Below the pieces are notes generated by a model, which saw only the letters and a list, made by a program, of their open reading frames with translations, was not told the origin of the DNA and searched no databases. Positions 39,201 to 49,272 of a DNA stretch of 64,000 nt are shown piece by piece. This DNA comes from Candidatus Omnitrophota bacterium (GTDB taxonomy: Bacteria; Omnitrophota; Gorgyraeia; Aquiviventales; Aquiviventaceae): the NCBI GenBank assembly GCA_023247275.1, contig JAHFGT010000001.1, positions 6,265 to 70,264 of the forward strand, in the 5' to 3' direction. The first letter of the stretch is position 1. Every line of letters starts with the position of its first letter. Both the position numbers and the translations under genes were made by a program.

Positions 39201-40198
39201 CCGGTCTCCATCGGTCGGCGAGCCACCACCCGGACATGCGAGCTAAGCCGATGCTGACTCAGGAAACTTTGGAAGGCCTGCCGAGTGGCATCATTCGCCT
39301 GCACCAGCGACCTCACAAACCGGGGCATGGGAATCGTCGGATTCTCTTGTACCATGTTCGCCACGATATCGACGTCCAGTCGCCCAGGCGTCGACAGCTC
39401 AACCAACTCGAGGCCGGCTCGCTCCATCAGCCGCTGCAGACCGTGAATCGATAACAGATTGAGATGGTGCGGCGGATGGATGCTCTTCGACCGGTCCCAT
39501 AACACCTGCAAGTCAAAGCCGCTGATGGTGAGCGTCGTCAGGACCAGTAGCCCACCCGGACGCAGCACCTGGCACGCCGCGGTCACAAACTGCAACGGAT
39601 CGAACGGATGCTCCACCACCTCAAACGCGGTGGCAACATCGACCTGACATTCGTCCGGTGTGACCGCCTCCAGCGGTTTCTCAATGACGCGGAATCCGCG
39701 CTGGCGGCAGACGGCGGCCAATGTCGGTCCTGGCTCAATACCCAACACCGTGGAGAACCGATCCAGCCGTTGGATCTCTTCCAAGAACACCCCATAGCCG
39801 GATCCGATGTCGACGAAACTGGAGGCGCGCTCCGCGTGCCGGCCCACGAACTCCTGCACCAACTGGGCGCGCGGGGCAAACAGGTTGCGGCGACGCGATT
39901 CAGCGGTCTGCCGAAAAAAGTCGGTGCTCCAAAATTTCACGGACGCTCCCTCGCGGTAGAATACTGCGAGTTGATCTGCGCTCGGACGCGGCGACACATA
40001 CAGCGAGTCGCACGCGGCACAGCTCACATACGAAAACCCCAGCTTCTCAAATGCTGGCGTCTGCTGCGCAGACCCGCAGCCTGGGCATGGGACCGCCGTA
40101 AACTGTCCGGACGCGTGTGCCAACGACTCCGCATCACGCCGCGCCAGCGTCAGATAGTCGTTAAACAAATCCAGGGGTCGGATATCGGCTTCTTTCAT
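39197..40198 (-). CDS. SAM-dependent methyltransferase with N-terminal Cys4 zinc-binding domain (PF08421-like)
   Basis: CPGCGS-x18-CAAC followed by methyltransferase motif I FVDIGSGYGVF. Confidence 0.8.
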   Translation of the reverse strand: MKEADIRPLDLFNDYLTLARRDAESLAHASGQFTAVPCPGCGSAQQTPAFEKLGFSYVSCAACDSLYVSPRPSADQLAVFYREGASVKFWSTDFFRQTAESRRRNLFAPRAQLVQEFVGRHAERASSFVDIGSGYGVFLEEIQRLDRFSTVLGIEPGPTLAAVCRQRGFRVIEKPLEAVTPDECQVDVATAFEVVEHPFDPLQFVTAACQVLRPGGLLVLTTLTISGFDLQVLWDRSKSIHPPHHLNLLSIHGLQRLMERAGLELVELSTPGRLDVDIVANMVQENPTIPMPRFVRSLVQANDATRQAFQSFLSQHRLSSHVRVVARRPMETG

Positions 40199-40315
40199 CG
40201 CCGAGTGGCCTCGCGCCGTTCCAACGTCAGCAGACTCATCGTACCCGTCAGAAGAACCCGAGCACTGCTGCGCTGGACCGTTCGGTAAGCTTCAGCGTGA
40301 AGAGTTGGAACGGCA

Positions 40316-41356
40316 CTAGCGGGGTTCAGGTGCCCAGGAATCTGAATTGTCAATGCAGGCTTTGCAGACCGGGTTCTCTGCGTATCGTCCTTGCTGATGG
40401 AGGATGCGCAGCTGCTGCATTTTCTCGCCGTTCCAAATGGACTTGACGTCTGCCGTATGGGCGTTGCCCATCACCAGATGTTCCGCGGCTCGCATATTGC
40501 AGCACGGCAACACCGACCCATTGGCCCGGACGGTCACCCGCTGAAACGGGCTTGGGCATCGCGGCGTGATCGTTGGCGTCCGCGGAGCCCCGGTGGTGAA
40601 GTGGACCTGCTTTTCCTCCCGCATGGCGCCATCAAACGGGTTGTGCAAATTCTGAATCGAAAACAGATCGGCCTTGTCTTCCCAATAGTCCAAGAACGGT
40701 TCCAGCTCGTGCAGATTGTCGGCCATCCGCAAAAAGGTCAGTTTCAACAGCGGTAACCGGACGCCCAGCTCTTTGCGGATCTCCAAAAACCGGTGGATCG
40801 CTTTGAGCAGCTTGGCGTACTCCCCGCCGACACGCACCTTCGCGTACGTCTCGGCTGAGAACGCATCCACGGAAAATGACAGCTTGGTCAGCCCGGCCGT
40901 GATCAATTCCTGAGTCAACTCATCGGTGAGGAGTAAGCCATTGGTATTGAACATCACCTCGACCGCGCCAGCTTCGCGCGCGCAGCGGACGAATTGGGGC
41001 AGGTCTCGTCGAATCAGCGGCTCATTAATGTAGTTAAGATTCACCGCGCGCAACCCGTGCGTGACTCCATCCGTGACGATCTGTTTGAAAAATTCAAACT
41101 CCATCCAGGAGCTTTTGCCCTTCCCATAAGTGGCCTCAGCGCTCCAGGTACACATCGGGCATTTCAGATTGCAGGAGACGTTCAGCTCGAAATCGATCTG
41201 GACCGGATACGATCGTTCCAGCTCCAGCTTGGTCGTCTGCTCCCATTCTGTGCGATACTCAGCATACCCAGGGCCGATCTCTTCAATCAACACCCGGTGC
41301 GGATCTTCATGCGGACTGTACAACGATTTGCGCCAACCTTTATGCACGTACGCCAT
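40316..41356 (-). CDS. Radical SAM protein with C-terminal SPASM/twitch-like Cys cluster
   Basis: CNLKCPMC (CxxxCxxC) at about residue 70. The C-terminus has CPSPFQRV...LPCCNM...CKAC. Confidence 0.8.
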   Translation of the reverse strand: MAYVHKGWRKSLYSPHEDPHRVLIEEIGPGYAEYRTEWEQTTKLELERSYPVQIDFELNVSCNLKCPMCTWSAEATYGKGKSSWMEFEFFKQIVTDGVTHGLRAVNLNYINEPLIRRDLPQFVRCAREAGAVEVMFNTNGLLLTDELTQELITAGLTKLSFSVDAFSAETYAKVRVGGEYAKLLKAIHRFLEIRKELGVRLPLLKLTFLRMADNLHELEPFLDYWEDKADLFSIQNLHNPFDGAMREEKQVHFTTGAPRTPTITPRCPSPFQRVTVRANGSVLPCCNMRAAEHLVMGNAHTADVKSIWNGEKMQQLRILHQQGRYAENPVCKACIDNSDSWAPEPR

Positions 41357-43202
41357 CGTCTCCCCTTGTCAATGCGATGATCGATCCGACGCGGGCCGGC
41401 TCCAGTCTCGACGCCGGCTCAGGCTGAACGATTGCAGGACCTCCCGCCTGTAACGCCCAGTACGCGCTGCGGCGCGACACGAGCTGTTCATGGGTCCCCT
41501 GTTCGGCGACTCGGCCATGCTCCAGGACCACGATGTGATGCGCCTTGAGGATCATCGACAGCCGGTGCGCCACAATAATCACGGTGCGGCCCTGGCTGAT
41601 TCTCAGCATCGCCTGATGCACACGCCGCTCGGACTCTTGGTCAAGGGCGCTGGTCGCTTCATCAAACAGCAATACGTCAGGTCGGCGCAACACCGCTCGC
41701 GCAATGGCGATCCGTTGCCGCTGGCCACCGGACAGCTTTAGACCTCGATCGCCAACGATGGTGTCGTACCCCTGTGGCAAGGCGTGGATGAACTCATCCG
41801 CATCCGCCTGTTGCGCCGCCCAGCGAATGTCTGATTCGCTGGCCGATGGGTGCGCGAACGCAATATTGTCCGCGATCGACGCGTGAAAGATGAACGTGTC
41901 CTGGCTCACGAACCCGATCCGGCTTCGCCACGAAGCGATATCGAAAGTGTTGAGATCAACCCCATCCAGGGTCACTCGACCCGCGGTGGGATCGTACAGG
42001 CGAACCAGCAGATCCACGATCGTCGACTTTCCTGCCCCTGACGGGCCAACGATGACTGTGGTCTGTCCCACGGGAAACGTGAGGGTCACCTCAGACAGCA
42101 CCTCCACCCCCTCGGCGCCCGGATAGGCAAACCGCACATGGTCCAACCGAACCGCCTCCTGAATGCCTGGGCATGGCAGACCGGCTGGTTGATCGTGCTG
42201 CGGCCTGGGCAACTCTAGCAGCTGCTGCACGGTGCGCACTGAAGCGACCTCAGCGCGCAGCTTGATCAGTTCTTTGTTGAGCCCACCGACCAGCGGCAAC
42301 AACCGGGCCAAGATCACGACCACCATCACCACTACCGACAAGAGATTCTCTGCGGTGGACGACCCGTGATTCAGCACCATCACCGACACCATCATGACGA
42401 CCGCGGCCGCCACCTCGCCCAACGGCTGCGCCAACACGGGCAGGATCTGGAGTCTGAAATTGGCCTGGCTCATCTGATCCGCCATGCGCTGAAACCCGGC
42501 CTGGAGCCGATCTTCTGCGGAGAAGACTTTGACCTGCCTGATCCCAAGGATGGCCTCGGCCGTGAGGGCGGTAAAGTCGCGAACCAGCCGCTGCCGGATC
42601 GATGCCAGTCGCCGAGACGTGAGCGCGAGCCGCTGCAATCCGATCGTCAACACCGCAAACGTGAGCGTCGCAGCACAGGTGGCCTGCCAGGAGATGCAGA
42701 TGAGCAGGACGTAGAGCGCCGCGATAGTGGTCGTAATGGACAACAGCGACAGGACGGTGGAAACCGCTTGTCCGGCGATGCCGGTCTCACCAAACAGATC
42801 GTTGATCAGCCGGCCTTGCCGTCGATCCAGGAAAAACTGAAACGGCGAGTGCAGGTACCGGTCAAAGATTCTAGTCCGCAGATCCTTCACCGTCCCGAGC
42901 TCAATGCGCAAGCCGAGCAGTCGGCTGGCATACCCCAACAGGTTTTTCAGGATGATGGCGGCCAGTAAGACGCCGGCAATCCATTGCACCTGCGCGTGGC
43001 GCGGGCCATTACCGGCCACCCACCGACTCAGCGCCAGCACACTGTTTGGGAGCGGCTGCCGACCGGTCGTCAGCGGCATGAACAGCGGCACAAATAAGCT
43101 AATACTCGCTGATTCGAGAATCGCGCTCCCGGTTCCAAGCGCCACACACGCCACTAGCAGCCACCGGTACGGCCGCACCAACCGCCACACGGCCTGCATC
43201 AC
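41340..43202 (-). CDS. ABC exporter, fused permease + ATPase (MsbA / lipid A-flippase-like)
   Basis: 620 aa with six TM helices, then Walker A GPSGAGKST, signature LSGGQRQRIAIARA and Walker B LLFDEATSALD. No N-terminal peptidase domain. Confidence 0.9.
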   Translation of the reverse strand: MMQAVWRLVRPYRWLLVACVALGTGSAILESASISLFVPLFMPLTTGRQPLPNSVLALSRWVAGNGPRHAQVQWIAGVLLAAIILKNLLGYASRLLGLRIELGTVKDLRTRIFDRYLHSPFQFFLDRRQGRLINDLFGETGIAGQAVSTVLSLLSITTTIAALYVLLICISWQATCAATLTFAVLTIGLQRLALTSRRLASIRQRLVRDFTALTAEAILGIRQVKVFSAEDRLQAGFQRMADQMSQANFRLQILPVLAQPLGEVAAAVVMMVSVMVLNHGSSTAENLLSVVVMVVVILARLLPLVGGLNKELIKLRAEVASVRTVQQLLELPRPQHDQPAGLPCPGIQEAVRLDHVRFAYPGAEGVEVLSEVTLTFPVGQTTVIVGPSGAGKSTIVDLLVRLYDPTAGRVTLDGVDLNTFDIASWRSRIGFVSQDTFIFHASIADNIAFAHPSASESDIRWAAQQADADEFIHALPQGYDTIVGDRGLKLSGGQRQRIAIARAVLRRPDVLLFDEATSALDQESERRVHQAMLRISQGRTVIIVAHRLSMILKAHHIVVLEHGRVAEQGTHEQLVSRRSAYWALQAGGPAIVQPEPASRLEPARVGSIIALTRGDDGVRA

Positions 43203-44077
43203 GCCGCTGACTCCGATGGTCTATCGCCCCAACCCGGTGGAGACGCCTCAAGGAGAGCTGGCTGGGCCGACGAGCGCGAGCCAGGGTTCGCGTCTGGCTT
43301 TTCCATCAGCAGCACCACATGGTCCCAGCCGCCCACGCGCGCCTGCCGGCGATACGTTTCCGCGATCACTCGACACCCGAATCGGCGCTGATACCGTTTG
43401 CGCAGATCATGGAAGAACACATCGTCCTCGAACAAGGCCACCCCACCCAGCGCCTCCGGCCTGTAGTTCCATGTCGGCTCCAGATGCAGCACATACCGCG
43501 AGGAGACCCTGAGCACTTCCCGCAGAACGTCAGTCACCCGTGAGGGTGAGACATGTCCGAGGACCATAAAGGTGTACACGAGCTCGAAGGCTCCATCGGC
43601 AAACGGCAAGGAGAACATGTTGCCCTGCACAAAGTTCACCCCGTGCTGCACGAACCCGAGTTCGCGCGCCCCCTGGAGCTGTTCAGGCGCCACATCGATC
43701 CCGGTGAATCGGCTCAGCGGATAGTGTCGCTGAAAAAAGTCCAGGTTCCAGCCCGGCCCGCAGCCGACTTCGAGCCATGATGCCGGGATGATTTTCTCAG
43801 TGCGCAGACCATCCAGCACCAACTGTTGCCGCAAGGCGATTCGCTGCTTCGCTTCAGGATCAGACCATTTCGCCACATAATGCTGAATCGTCCGGTTGGT
43901 GATAAACCGGGGGTCTTGGTACCCTTGGATCCGTTGAGCCTGCACGGTGCTGCGGCCCATCAACCTGCGCAGCAGATACGCCACCCGGTACGGGTGCTCC
44001 AACCCAAAATAGCTGCGCTCCAGGATCCCTTGAACGACCGCTTTGAGTGGACGCCGAAGCACCGCCGGCAGTCTCAT
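43199..44077 (-). CDS. Class I SAM-dependent methyltransferase
   Basis: LEVGCGPGWNLDFFQRHYP...GIDVAPEQL. Confidence 0.75.
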   Translation of the reverse strand: MRLPAVLRRPLKAVVQGILERSYFGLEHPYRVAYLLRRLMGRSTVQAQRIQGYQDPRFITNRTIQHYVAKWSDPEAKQRIALRQQLVLDGLRTEKIIPASWLEVGCGPGWNLDFFQRHYPLSRFTGIDVAPEQLQGARELGFVQHGVNFVQGNMFSLPFADGAFELVYTFMVLGHVSPSRVTDVLREVLRVSSRYVLHLEPTWNYRPEALGGVALFEDDVFFHDLRKRYQRRFGCRVIAETYRRQARVGGWDHVVLLMEKPDANPGSRSSAQPALLEASPPGWGDRPSESAA

Positions 44078-46038
44078 GAGTGCCGCCTGTTGACGACCAG
44101 CTGATCCTGCTGGATCATAGCAACCACCGCGTCTCTGAATCGAGTGATCGCGTGCCCATCGGTAAACGGATCAAACAGCTGTCGGACACGATTCACCACG
44201 GTCGCCGGAATAGCCTCGACGTCTTGGGCGACAGAACCCTCTGACCCTGTTCCGCTGACGACCGGCCGATGCAATGAGGCGATCACCGCGTTGACCAGCG
44301 CCGATTCCTCATCGAACATCAGCCGCCACTGATCGAAAAATTCCGCGGCAAACGGCGCCACCCGAAACTCCGATGGCGTGAACACGTACGAGGGCTTCCC
44401 CAGCAGCAACGCCTCGATCCACACCGAGCCGAACGCCGCGTATTGCCCGGTGGACATGACCGCATCCGCCTGCTGGATTAAGTACTGGGCCGTGCAGGTC
44501 AGCTGCTTGGTGGGATCAAGGATCGCGATCCGTTGCGCCCGCACGCCAGGCTCAAGGATGTCCCAAAAAGGTGGCGTGAACAAAAACCGCGAATGCTCAG
44601 GCCACTCCTCGTTGGCTTTGGGCTTGAGGATGATCCGCAGAGGAACCGGGCGTCGGGCCAGCTCGGCGATCGCCAGCAGGAAGCGACGGTTGCGTTCCAT
44701 CACAAAAACATCAGGCGTATACGAACCGGTAAATGCGGCAAGGATCGTTTCACCAGGCTGTCGATCGACCAGCAGCCGTCGCACCGGTTCGCTGGCAGCC
44801 TGATCGTCCGACATCCTGGAGCTGTCGTTACTCGGCATCCCGATGGCGGTCACCTGCATCCGACGGCTCCAGGTCTGGCCATAGATCGACACCGGAAACC
44901 ACCCTTGGACCGGAAACAGATCGTAGTGCAGGTACGCGGTCTGCGCGCCGGCGGTGGTAAACGCGGTGTACGGCACCCAGGTCGTGCGGCCGCCGGTATG
45001 GTTGAGCACGATCGTTTCAATAATATGGTGGTACGCGTGCTCTTCCGCATTGAGCAACACGCGCAGCGGAGAGTGACGCAGAAACGTCTCCAGCTGGATT
45101 CCGTACCGAACTGCCCCGGTCAGACCACGCCGCAGCGGCGGATGGGGCGACTGACCAGTTCGGCACAGAGCACCGACCAGGCGAGCGAGTCGAGGAATCA
45201 ACCGCAACAAATCGCTCAAGACCATCGGTGGCCCGCACAACCTGGCCCATCGCAGGCCAGCGTGATCATATTCCCGGATGCGTTGAGCTTCAGGACCTTT
45301 TCCCGATATGACCAGCAGGAGATCGCTGCGCTGGACGCGATCCCCATCGGCCAGGAAATCGGCCGAACGCAACTCGTTGGGCCGGCCGGTCACCGTCCAA
45401 TAGTCGTGAAATCCGATCCGAGGTGCCGCACGGTGGCGAACGCGTACACAGAGCCCTTGCCGGACACACTGCGTCAGCACCTGCCACACCAACCCAGCCG
45501 CGACGATTCCATGTCCGATCAGCGGCTGCCACCAGCGCCACGCACTCGGCTGTGATTCCTGCCGACTCTGTATCGCGTGCTGGGGCCAGATTGTTTGACG
45601 CAGTCGCCAGCCATCCAGCAATTTCGCAGACCATGAACTCGTGACAACAAACGTCGCCTGCGTGCACCGCTGTTGACGTGCCTGCTCCAGCGCAGCGTGG
45701 TACAGTGCCACCTGGTCTTGCACCCAGTGACACACGATCTTCCGGCAGACCAAACGCACCTGCGGGTCGCCGTAGAAAAACTGCTGGAACGCCTGCTCGA
45801 GATCAGGTTCGACTAAATCGCGAAACAACGTTTCGGTGAGCTCAACGCTGAGCAATGATGCCGCGGCCAGCCCGGCCCCCATCTGTTCCCGACGCAACAC
45901 TTGCCCAGCCATTCTGGTCCAGCGGTGCCATGGACCGATGGCCGGCCGCAATGCCACCGTCGTTCCGCACGCGCATCGAGAGGCTTCCTGCACGTGGCGG
46001 ATCCGCCCAAGCCGCTGAGGTCGCTCTACAATGATCAC
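44074..46038 (-). CDS. Large hypothetical protein, possibly TagF-like / capsule-type transferase
   Basis: 654 aa. The C-terminal ILKPKANEE...ADAVMSTGQYAAFGSVWIEALLLGKPSYVF loosely resembles the TagF family C-terminus. Confidence 0.3.
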   Translation of the reverse strand: MIIVERPQRLGRIRHVQEASRCACGTTVALRPAIGPWHRWTRMAGQVLRREQMGAGLAAASLLSVELTETLFRDLVEPDLEQAFQQFFYGDPQVRLVCRKIVCHWVQDQVALYHAALEQARQQRCTQATFVVTSSWSAKLLDGWRLRQTIWPQHAIQSRQESQPSAWRWWQPLIGHGIVAAGLVWQVLTQCVRQGLCVRVRHRAAPRIGFHDYWTVTGRPNELRSADFLADGDRVQRSDLLLVISGKGPEAQRIREYDHAGLRWARLCGPPMVLSDLLRLIPRLARLVGALCRTGQSPHPPLRRGLTGAVRYGIQLETFLRHSPLRVLLNAEEHAYHHIIETIVLNHTGGRTTWVPYTAFTTAGAQTAYLHYDLFPVQGWFPVSIYGQTWSRRMQVTAIGMPSNDSSRMSDDQAASEPVRRLLVDRQPGETILAAFTGSYTPDVFVMERNRRFLLAIAELARRPVPLRIILKPKANEEWPEHSRFLFTPPFWDILEPGVRAQRIAILDPTKQLTCTAQYLIQQADAVMSTGQYAAFGSVWIEALLLGKPSYVFTPSEFRVAPFAAEFFDQWRLMFDEESALVNAVIASLHRPVVSGTGSEGSVAQDVEAIPATVVNRVRQLFDPFTDGHAITRFRDAVVAMIQQDQLVVNRRHS

Positions 46039-47297
46039 GATGACCCCTGGGCGAGCAAGCGATCCACTAGCTCCTGTGTCGCGCTGACTGATAATCGATA
46101 CACCCGAATGCGCGCCAACGCGTGCAGTTGCAGAAACTCATCCCTCAGCCGAGCCAATTGCTGGAGATGTTCAACGGTTAAAAACCCGGACAGGAACGCC
46201 TCGCGAATCAGCCCTGGGAACTCTCTAGCTGTCTGTGAGCCCTCCGGAACACCGACCCTCTGGAGTTGGAACCCAGCCCGAATCGCGGCGATCGCTTGAT
46301 ACCCGCGTTTGAGCCTGGCCGCCACACGATCCCCCAACAACCGTTGGGTCCACTGAAACAGACGGGTGCGCCCGGTCGCAACTCCATAAGGAAAATCATC
46401 GCTCAACGCCCGGTTGATCAGCGCCTGCGCGGTCGCCACATCTTCTGCGCAGCTCCACTCGCGCTCGCTGGGACTGGGATCCACCTCAGCGATCACCGCC
46501 AACTGATCGAACGTCAGCAGCCCTGGCGCATACTCGGTGATGGCCACCACGCGAAACCCATGCTGTTCCAGCGTCTGAATCAGGCTGCGGCGAGAATACA
46601 GGATCACGTGCGTCTTGATCATATGCCGTTGATGCAAGAACCCCAGATCCGGCGTTTCCAAATAGATGAGACCGCCCGGGCGCAACACGGTGCGGACCGC
46701 CGCCAGGAACGCGGGCGGGTCGTTAATGTGTTCAAAAAATTGAAAGAACGCGATGATATCAAACGTCGACCCATCCGCCAGGCCGGCCGGAAAATAGTCT
46801 GATACCATTTGCACGCCATACTGCTCGCGCGCCCAGTGCGCGTACCGTGCGTTCGGATCGATCCCCATGGTCTGCCATCCGCGCTGCTGCATGAGCCAGA
46901 GAAACGACCCATCCCTGGCACCAATCTCCAACAGCCGACGACCGGATGGCTCGCGCCCCACCGCCGCCAGCTGTTGCTCAAACCATCGCTGACGATACCG
47001 ATTGCGCTCACGACGATACGCGGTATCTTTGCGCCAGGTTGTGCGATCCATCTGTTGGTACGGCGAGACGTAGACCGTATCAAGCCCGTCATGGTCCTCG
47101 ATGACGCGTTCGGTATGCACCAGCCCGCACCGCGCGCAATGGCCATACACGACCCCAACGCTGGCCGGGACATATTTCGTTGCGACATGCAGCAGCGGCT
47201 GGCGATCAACGCCTCCACAGACCGGGCACCGGGCCCGCGGCATCATCACGATGGCAGGCGCGGTGTGTGGCCGATCAGCCAGCATGACCCGCTCCAA
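46035..47297 (-). CDS. SAM-dependent methyltransferase with N-terminal Cys4 zinc-binding domain and extra C-terminal domain (TylC3-type C-methyltransferase architecture)
   Basis: CPVCGG-x26-CARC. Methyltransferase motif LLEIGARDGSFLWLM. A roughly 150-aa C-terminal extension. Confidence 0.7.
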   Translation of the reverse strand: MERVMLADRPHTAPAIVMMPRARCPVCGGVDRQPLLHVATKYVPASVGVVYGHCARCGLVHTERVIEDHDGLDTVYVSPYQQMDRTTWRKDTAYRRERNRYRQRWFEQQLAAVGREPSGRRLLEIGARDGSFLWLMQQRGWQTMGIDPNARYAHWAREQYGVQMVSDYFPAGLADGSTFDIIAFFQFFEHINDPPAFLAAVRTVLRPGGLIYLETPDLGFLHQRHMIKTHVILYSRRSLIQTLEQHGFRVVAITEYAPGLLTFDQLAVIAEVDPSPSEREWSCAEDVATAQALINRALSDDFPYGVATGRTRLFQWTQRLLGDRVAARLKRGYQAIAAIRAGFQLQRVGVPEGSQTAREFPGLIREAFLSGFLTVEHLQQLARLRDEFLQLHALARIRVYRLSVSATQELVDRLLAQGSS

Positions 47298-49272
47298 CCG
47301 ACGGCTCCATCAGGACACCGTGGGCCTTCTCCAACGTGGCAACCCCCTGTCTCTGCGCAATCGCGCGGAGCGCATGAACAGCTCGTTCGGCTGAGCGTCC
47401 ATCCTGCTGCGCAGTGCCATAGCGACATAGAAATTCGTCATTGATCGGCTCAGGGGCGCGCCAAACCGGCCGGCGCAGCATCGCGTCGATCTCCTGTAAG
47501 AACGCCGGTTGATTCGTTGTCACGATCGCGCGCGCGGATAACAGCTGTTGCGCCTCTGGGTACAGCCGCATGAACCGGGTATCGGCTAAGACGATGATCG
47601 GCTGATCCGTCGTCAGCGCCTGCAGCAGCGTTGTGGCCGGGCTATCGATCAGGATCAGATCCGCGCGAGCCAACAGCTCGGCAAACGGTGGCGTCTGAAC
47701 CAGGCGGCATCGTCGGACCCGGGTCCGGCGCGCCCACGCTGCGAGCGGGTTGGTAAGACGATCTCGCGGATCCAACTTCACGATCAGCTCCACATCGGCA
47801 ACGCGCTCGCACCGCTCCACCACAGCGCGTTGGAGCCGCCAATACCAGATATCTGGGTAGATATGCCGGCTAAAATATCGCCAGTCTCCCATCAGCTCTG
47901 TCGGAACGTATAGGATGGTTCGACGGGCACGCAACCGATGACGAGGACGCTCAACGGGTCCTGGCACTCGACGCCTAGTGCAGAGGCGATCTAAGGCCGC
48001 CGATCCGACTGTGCTAGGCTGCGCTGCCCTCAGAGCATTGGTTCGGACGTGATCCACACCCAATCGCTCCACGGTCTCACGCACGCCATCGCCATAACAC
48101 AGAAAATAGTCGGCCAACTGCAGTTCAGAGAACGGCAGCATCGGGTACTCCAGATAGCCGACAAACCCGCCATGCTGAGCGACCACCGTTGGCACGCCAT
48201 GCTGGCGCGCGACCACCGCGCACGCGACGTCCTCGATCGTCAGGTACGCTGAGCCGAGAATCACCGAGGCCGAAGTCGAAGGCTTCTCCAACAGCCGCGC
48301 GAGCGCTGTCGCAGTGCTGACATGCCGCCCGAGCGCCTCAACCAACAGCGTGCGGGCCGATTGCTCGATCAGCGGCCACAGATCCAGGCCTGCGATGGTG
48401 CATGCGTCCCGGACCGCTTGATCTGTGCGCAGTCGATCCCACAGGCGATCGGTGACGCTAGCCTCTACCGGGGCGATGCCATGCTGAGCCTGGTTGCGAT
48501 GACGCGGCAGACGCATCAACCGTCGGTCGATGATCCCATGTCCTTGGGCAAGCCAAGCGGTTAACACCTCTTCATCTGACCAGTATCCGGTCAGAAGAAT
48601 TCGTACCCCTATGGCACGCGATCCATATCCATGGCGAATTCGCCACCGGGTCCATCGATCCTGATGGGGTCGTCGAAACGCACCGATCACCCGAGACAAC
48701 GCTCTAACCGACCTGGTGATGCGCGTGTCAATTCTGTTCGGCTCTGAGGACGATGGTGGTAGCGCGCACAACGCGATTCCCAGTTGCTGCGTCAGATACG
48801 GCAAGCACTGCATCGTCAAGATCCCGAGGCGAAGATCTGTTGGGACGTGCGCCGGTACGGCGGCCACAATGGTCTGGGGTGTGACCAGTTCGATCGCCGA
48901 TTTCAGCGTATAGGTTCGATGCAGCAGAGCGTCGACAACAATTTTTACGCGATAATAGAGCGACTGCAACGAAAACCCTGCCAACGTAGCCGGTTCTACG
49001 CAAGCCTGAAGATGAGAATCGACCGCGGCGCACAGCTGTTCAGTTTTTCGGAAGTTATCATGTCCTAACGCCAACAAGGCGTCCTCGTCGTAGCAGTCCT
49101 CGATGGTTCGGTATGTCAAGCCCTGACGCGTTGCCGCTTCGTCAGCAGCCGGTGTGAGCGCAACTAAGCTCAGCGGCCGACCCTGGTGTTGGCTCCAGAC
49201 CAGGAGCTGTTGGAGTTCGTCTGGGGTGGCGAACAGCCCCATCGTCGTGTGCGCGGTCCTGTTCATTACCAA
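47275..49272 (-). CDS. Large TagF-like (CDP-glycerol glycerophosphotransferase family) protein, tentative
   Basis: 665 aa. ILYVPTE...IVKLDPRD...ADLILIDSPATTLLQALTTDQPIIVL parallels the TagF motifs. Confidence 0.35.
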   Translation of the reverse strand: MVMNRTAHTTMGLFATPDELQQLLVWSQHQGRPLSLVALTPAADEAATRQGLTYRTIEDCYDEDALLALGHDNFRKTEQLCAAVDSHLQACVEPATLAGFSLQSLYYRVKIVVDALLHRTYTLKSAIELVTPQTIVAAVPAHVPTDLRLGILTMQCLPYLTQQLGIALCALPPSSSEPNRIDTRITRSVRALSRVIGAFRRPHQDRWTRWRIRHGYGSRAIGVRILLTGYWSDEEVLTAWLAQGHGIIDRRLMRLPRHRNQAQHGIAPVEASVTDRLWDRLRTDQAVRDACTIAGLDLWPLIEQSARTLLVEALGRHVSTATALARLLEKPSTSASVILGSAYLTIEDVACAVVARQHGVPTVVAQHGGFVGYLEYPMLPFSELQLADYFLCYGDGVRETVERLGVDHVRTNALRAAQPSTVGSAALDRLCTRRRVPGPVERPRHRLRARRTILYVPTELMGDWRYFSRHIYPDIWYWRLQRAVVERCERVADVELIVKLDPRDRLTNPLAAWARRTRVRRCRLVQTPPFAELLARADLILIDSPATTLLQALTTDQPIIVLADTRFMRLYPEAQQLLSARAIVTTNQPAFLQEIDAMLRRPVWRAPEPINDEFLCRYGTAQQDGRSAERAVHALRAIAQRQGVATLEKAHGVLMEPSVGAGHAG

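Noticed and set aside
40195-40239. 14-codon upstream ORF (MSLLTLERREATRR) whose stop overlaps the methyltransferase start
   Set aside because: Too short and featureless to call. It could be chance. It is noted only as a possible leader peptide.
40316-43202. Radical SAM + ABC transporter as a RiPP (sactipeptide/ranthipeptide-type) cluster
   Set aside because: The ABC protein has no C39 peptidase domain. I found no small Cys-rich precursor ORF. The genomic context is entirely glycan biosynthesis. A sugar-modifying radical SAM enzyme is more parsimonious.
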